Positions 61,377 to 64,000 of a DNA stretch of 64,000 bases are shown here, in pieces. A program made the position numbers and the translations under genes. The stretch is from an uncultured Parachlamydiaceae bacterium (GTDB lineage Bacteria; Chlamydiota; Chlamydiia; Chlamydiales; Parachlamydiaceae). The notes beneath the pieces were generated by a model. It was not told the DNA's origin. It saw nothing but the letters and a program-made list of their open reading frames with translations, and made no database searches. Numbering within the stretch: the first letter of the stretch is position 1; the number at the start of each line of letters is the position of its first letter. The stretch lies in NCBI GenBank assembly GCA_963742415.1, contig CAVULX010000003.1:320001-384000 (forward strand), read 5' to 3'.

Positions 61377-63230
61377 TTAGGATTTTGGGAGCTGTGTAGA
61401 AGCATTAGATATAGACGATGGCTTTTCCCCTATAGGCGAGCGCATTGCTCCCGACTCTCCTTTAAAGAATTTAACGCTGCTTTTCGAAATAGATGATGAA
61501 ATTGCTTCAGCTGCAGTTTCAACAGGCATCCTAAACAGATTCCAACCTGCATCAAGCAAACTATCGTTCCGCAGATAGGATTGATATCGTTTCATCATGA
61601 CCTCTTTAAGCCTCTCGTTGGTAATCCGCGCTACTATTTCTAAATTGTCTACGTTATTTGTACGAGCAATATTTCTAAGGCTGCCCATTGCTTTCTCCAG
61701 GGGCCCTAAAGTTTTGTCAGTCATATAAATATTTGAGATCCTAACTCTAAGCGCATCATCTTTCACCTCAATCCAGCCTTTCAACTCTCTAAATTGCTTC
61801 ACATCCCTAAACAAATCTGGATTCAGACCCAGATCTTCAGGTAATAAAGGGGTTTGCTCCTTTACTATCCGACTCTTAAAAAAAGGGGATTCTTGGATTG
61901 GAAGAGCTTGATTTGCAGGTTTCAAAATAGTGACGTCATCAGGCTTAATCACAAACTTTTTTGCATCTGCGCGCCGAATTTTTTTTATAGCTTTCTTTTT
62001 AGCAACTTTTTTTTCCTCATATAGGATAGCTTTTAAAGCTGCGCGTGAAATATCTTCAGAAGAAATAGAAGGCTTTATTATTTTGTTAGCAGAATTTTTA
62101 ATAGTAACAAGATCTTTTTCGATAACAAAGTTTATCGAATCTTTGACAAGAGGTTTAACAGTATTTTTTGAAGCAACCTGTTCTGCAACGCCACTAGTGC
62201 GGGTAATTGCTTGAACACTAGCTTGAATGCCTCGGCCTGATGCTTGAATCAAGCGAACAGTTCCAATTGCAACTAGACCTACAGTTGCTCCTACACCTAA
62301 TTCACCCATTCCTATCATCCCATTCTTAACAATACCAGGAATTGTTCCGTACTTTTTTTGTGCATCTTTATCGATATCATCCAATCGCTTTTCCAACCGT
62401 GTCATGGCTGCACTTGCACTCAGCCCACATGCGGGAGTTGCATTTTTCATTGCTTCATTAAACTTAGAATCCTCACCATTGAGTGCACCGCGCATTTTTT
62501 TCATGCAACCGTCATAATTGCTGGGATCTGCCGTTACACAAGCCTCGCTCAGCGCACTCACAGCAAAACCTTTAACCACAGCGCCGATAACCCCATTTAC
62601 CACTTTAGAAATCGCCACGGGCACAACAGCCACTTCACCTATAGCTTTTCCTAAGACCACATTAGGCTCTAAATCGCTGAGTCGTTTCTTTTCATCCTCC
62701 GACAACTCCTTTGAATGGTGAGCTAAGCAAGGCATAGCACCAAAGGGTGATTCAGGATCCATTGTCGCTTTTACACATCGAGCAAATTTAGTAAATACTT
62801 GCGAAAAATCCTTTTCTGCTTTCGGCTTGGCAAACGCACTAAAATCTGCTCCAATGGCATTTGAAACCTTATCTCTTAAGAGGGAATACTGGTTATCTGT
62901 ATCCTCTTTGGTTTGCATATATGAAGCGTGTGAGGTTTCGAATTGATCCTTGATTCGATTGTAGTCTCTTTGCAAATCGGCAAGGATGTCTGCATGGTAG
63001 GTATAGGGCTCGGCAATGATCCTGTCGATTTTTTTTATCAACCAATCTATTCCATCTATAACTTCAAGCTGAAAGAGCTCTTGAAATGCTGGATCTAAAG
63101 AATCTGCCTTTTCAAGGTAATGTCTTTTTGTCTCGGCAAGTTTGTTTTTTAAAACATTAAACGATTGTTGTGGGCCTGTTGGGTAGCTTAATCCTAAACT
63201 ATAGGGCTTAACGACATTACCAAAATGCAT
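61377..63230 (-). CDS. Hypothetical protein (617 aa) with central Gly/Ala-rich hydrophobic helices
   Basis: Long ORF with a helical N-terminus, hydrophobic segments (GVGATVGLVAIG) and a distinct C-terminal domain. Confidence 0.7.
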   Translation of the reverse strand: MHFGNVVKPYSLGLSYPTGPQQSFNVLKNKLAETKRHYLEKADSLDPAFQELFQLEVIDGIDWLIKKIDRIIAEPYTYHADILADLQRDYNRIKDQFETSHASYMQTKEDTDNQYSLLRDKVSNAIGADFSAFAKPKAEKDFSQVFTKFARCVKATMDPESPFGAMPCLAHHSKELSEDEKKRLSDLEPNVVLGKAIGEVAVVPVAISKVVNGVIGAVVKGFAVSALSEACVTADPSNYDGCMKKMRGALNGEDSKFNEAMKNATPACGLSASAAMTRLEKRLDDIDKDAQKKYGTIPGIVKNGMIGMGELGVGATVGLVAIGTVRLIQASGRGIQASVQAITRTSGVAEQVASKNTVKPLVKDSINFVIEKDLVTIKNSANKIIKPSISSEDISRAALKAILYEEKKVAKKKAIKKIRRADAKKFVIKPDDVTILKPANQALPIQESPFFKSRIVKEQTPLLPEDLGLNPDLFRDVKQFRELKGWIEVKDDALRVRISNIYMTDKTLGPLEKAMGSLRNIARTNNVDNLEIVARITNERLKEVMMKRYQSYLRNDSLLDAGWNLFRMPVETAAEAISSSISKSSVKFFKGESGAMRSPIGEKPSSISNASTQLPKS

Positions 63231-63394
63231 ATAAAATCCTTAGTAAAAAAAAAGAGATTAAATCATCTTACAAAAAAATACAAGGATGACGCCATTTAAA
63301 AGTGTGTTGACATTAATGGCTACGATCAACAAACTGTCTTGTTATCGGAATGATTTTGAGAACATTTCATTAAAAAATAATCTAATTAAGAGCA

Positions 63395-64000
63395 ATGCAC
63401 GTAGGATTCAGAAACTCCATTGGTACAATTGCGTTAAACAATGCAATAAAAAATGGAAATGAAAGATTAAATAAACTGAAAGAGCAACAGAAACAATTAA
63501 ACGCTCAAATTTTGTTTAATTTTGGTAAAGATTACGCCCATTTAGAATATGAAAAAAACAAGTTAATACACGAACACGACCTCTTACAAAAGCGCTTAAA
63601 AAATCTTGGGGCTCCAGATTCAGCTGATCCACAAACTGAAATAGGCGAAACTAAAAAGAACATATTAGTTATATCAGGCAAGATTGACTCCATCTCAAAC
63701 CAACTCAAACAGATCAAAGATCATAATAACGCCAATTTTGGTTTTGATAAGCTCAAAGAAGAGAAGGTTTCTCATTCAAAAAGTTCCTTGAACATTGAAA
63801 CTGACAGCCACGGAGTTCAAGCACTGAGTAATGCCAAGCAGACTTTAAATCAAAGAAAAATGAAGAAGGAAGAATATGGCGTCTGCCTATCTTATAAACA
63901 CATATTTGATCTAAGCCGAAACATTCAATACCAAAAAAACGAAAGAGCTGAACTCATTGCTGGAAATATCATTTTGAAAAATCGAGTCAAAGAGTTTGCA
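63395..64000 (+). CDS. Hypothetical coiled-coil protein, partial (runs off the window)
   Basis: Frame from ATG 63395 (MHVGFRNSIG...) is open for 202 codons to the window end. Not listed in the ORF track. Confidence 0.6.
   Translation, partial: MHVGFRNSIGTIALNNAIKNGNERLNKLKEQQKQLNAQILFNFGKDYAHLEYEKNKLIHEHDLLQKRLKNLGAPDSADPQTEIGETKKNILVISGKIDSISNQLKQIKDHNNANFGFDKLKEEKVSHSKSSLNIETDSHGVQALSNAKQTLNQRKMKKEEYGVCLSYKHIFDLSRNIQYQKNERAELIAGNIILKNRVKEFA

Overview
Window from an environmental Chlamydiae (Parachlamydiales-like) chromosome. The assignment rests on grgA-gapA-rplQ-rpoA synteny, an S10/spc/alpha ribosomal cluster without rpsJ, rpsN, rpmD, adk, infA and rpsD, a large chlamydial-type PBP2 and a class I aldolase. 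The 4-18 kb ribosomal block is full of indels in essential genes, most likely consensus error, whereas long genes elsewhere are intact. Accessory content includes three tRNAs (Leu-TAA, Ser-GCT, Ser-GGA), each with AAA-ATPase/nuclease, Rhs toxin-immunity or Fic cargo at its 3' end. There are also wza-wzc, a metal ABC transporter, Sel1, LRR and HIT effector-like genes, putA, namZ and several palindromic repeats. The most striking candidate system is a three-gene operon at 20.0-22.8 kb. It encodes an ABO-blood-group-like GT6 with a DxD motif, a GT2 and a GalE epimerase, all with apparent N-terminal signal peptides, and it lies divergent from a secreted Gly-rich surface-protein gene. This suggests an extracytoplasmic glycosylation cassette. 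All calls come from motif recognition by eye; no searches were run.
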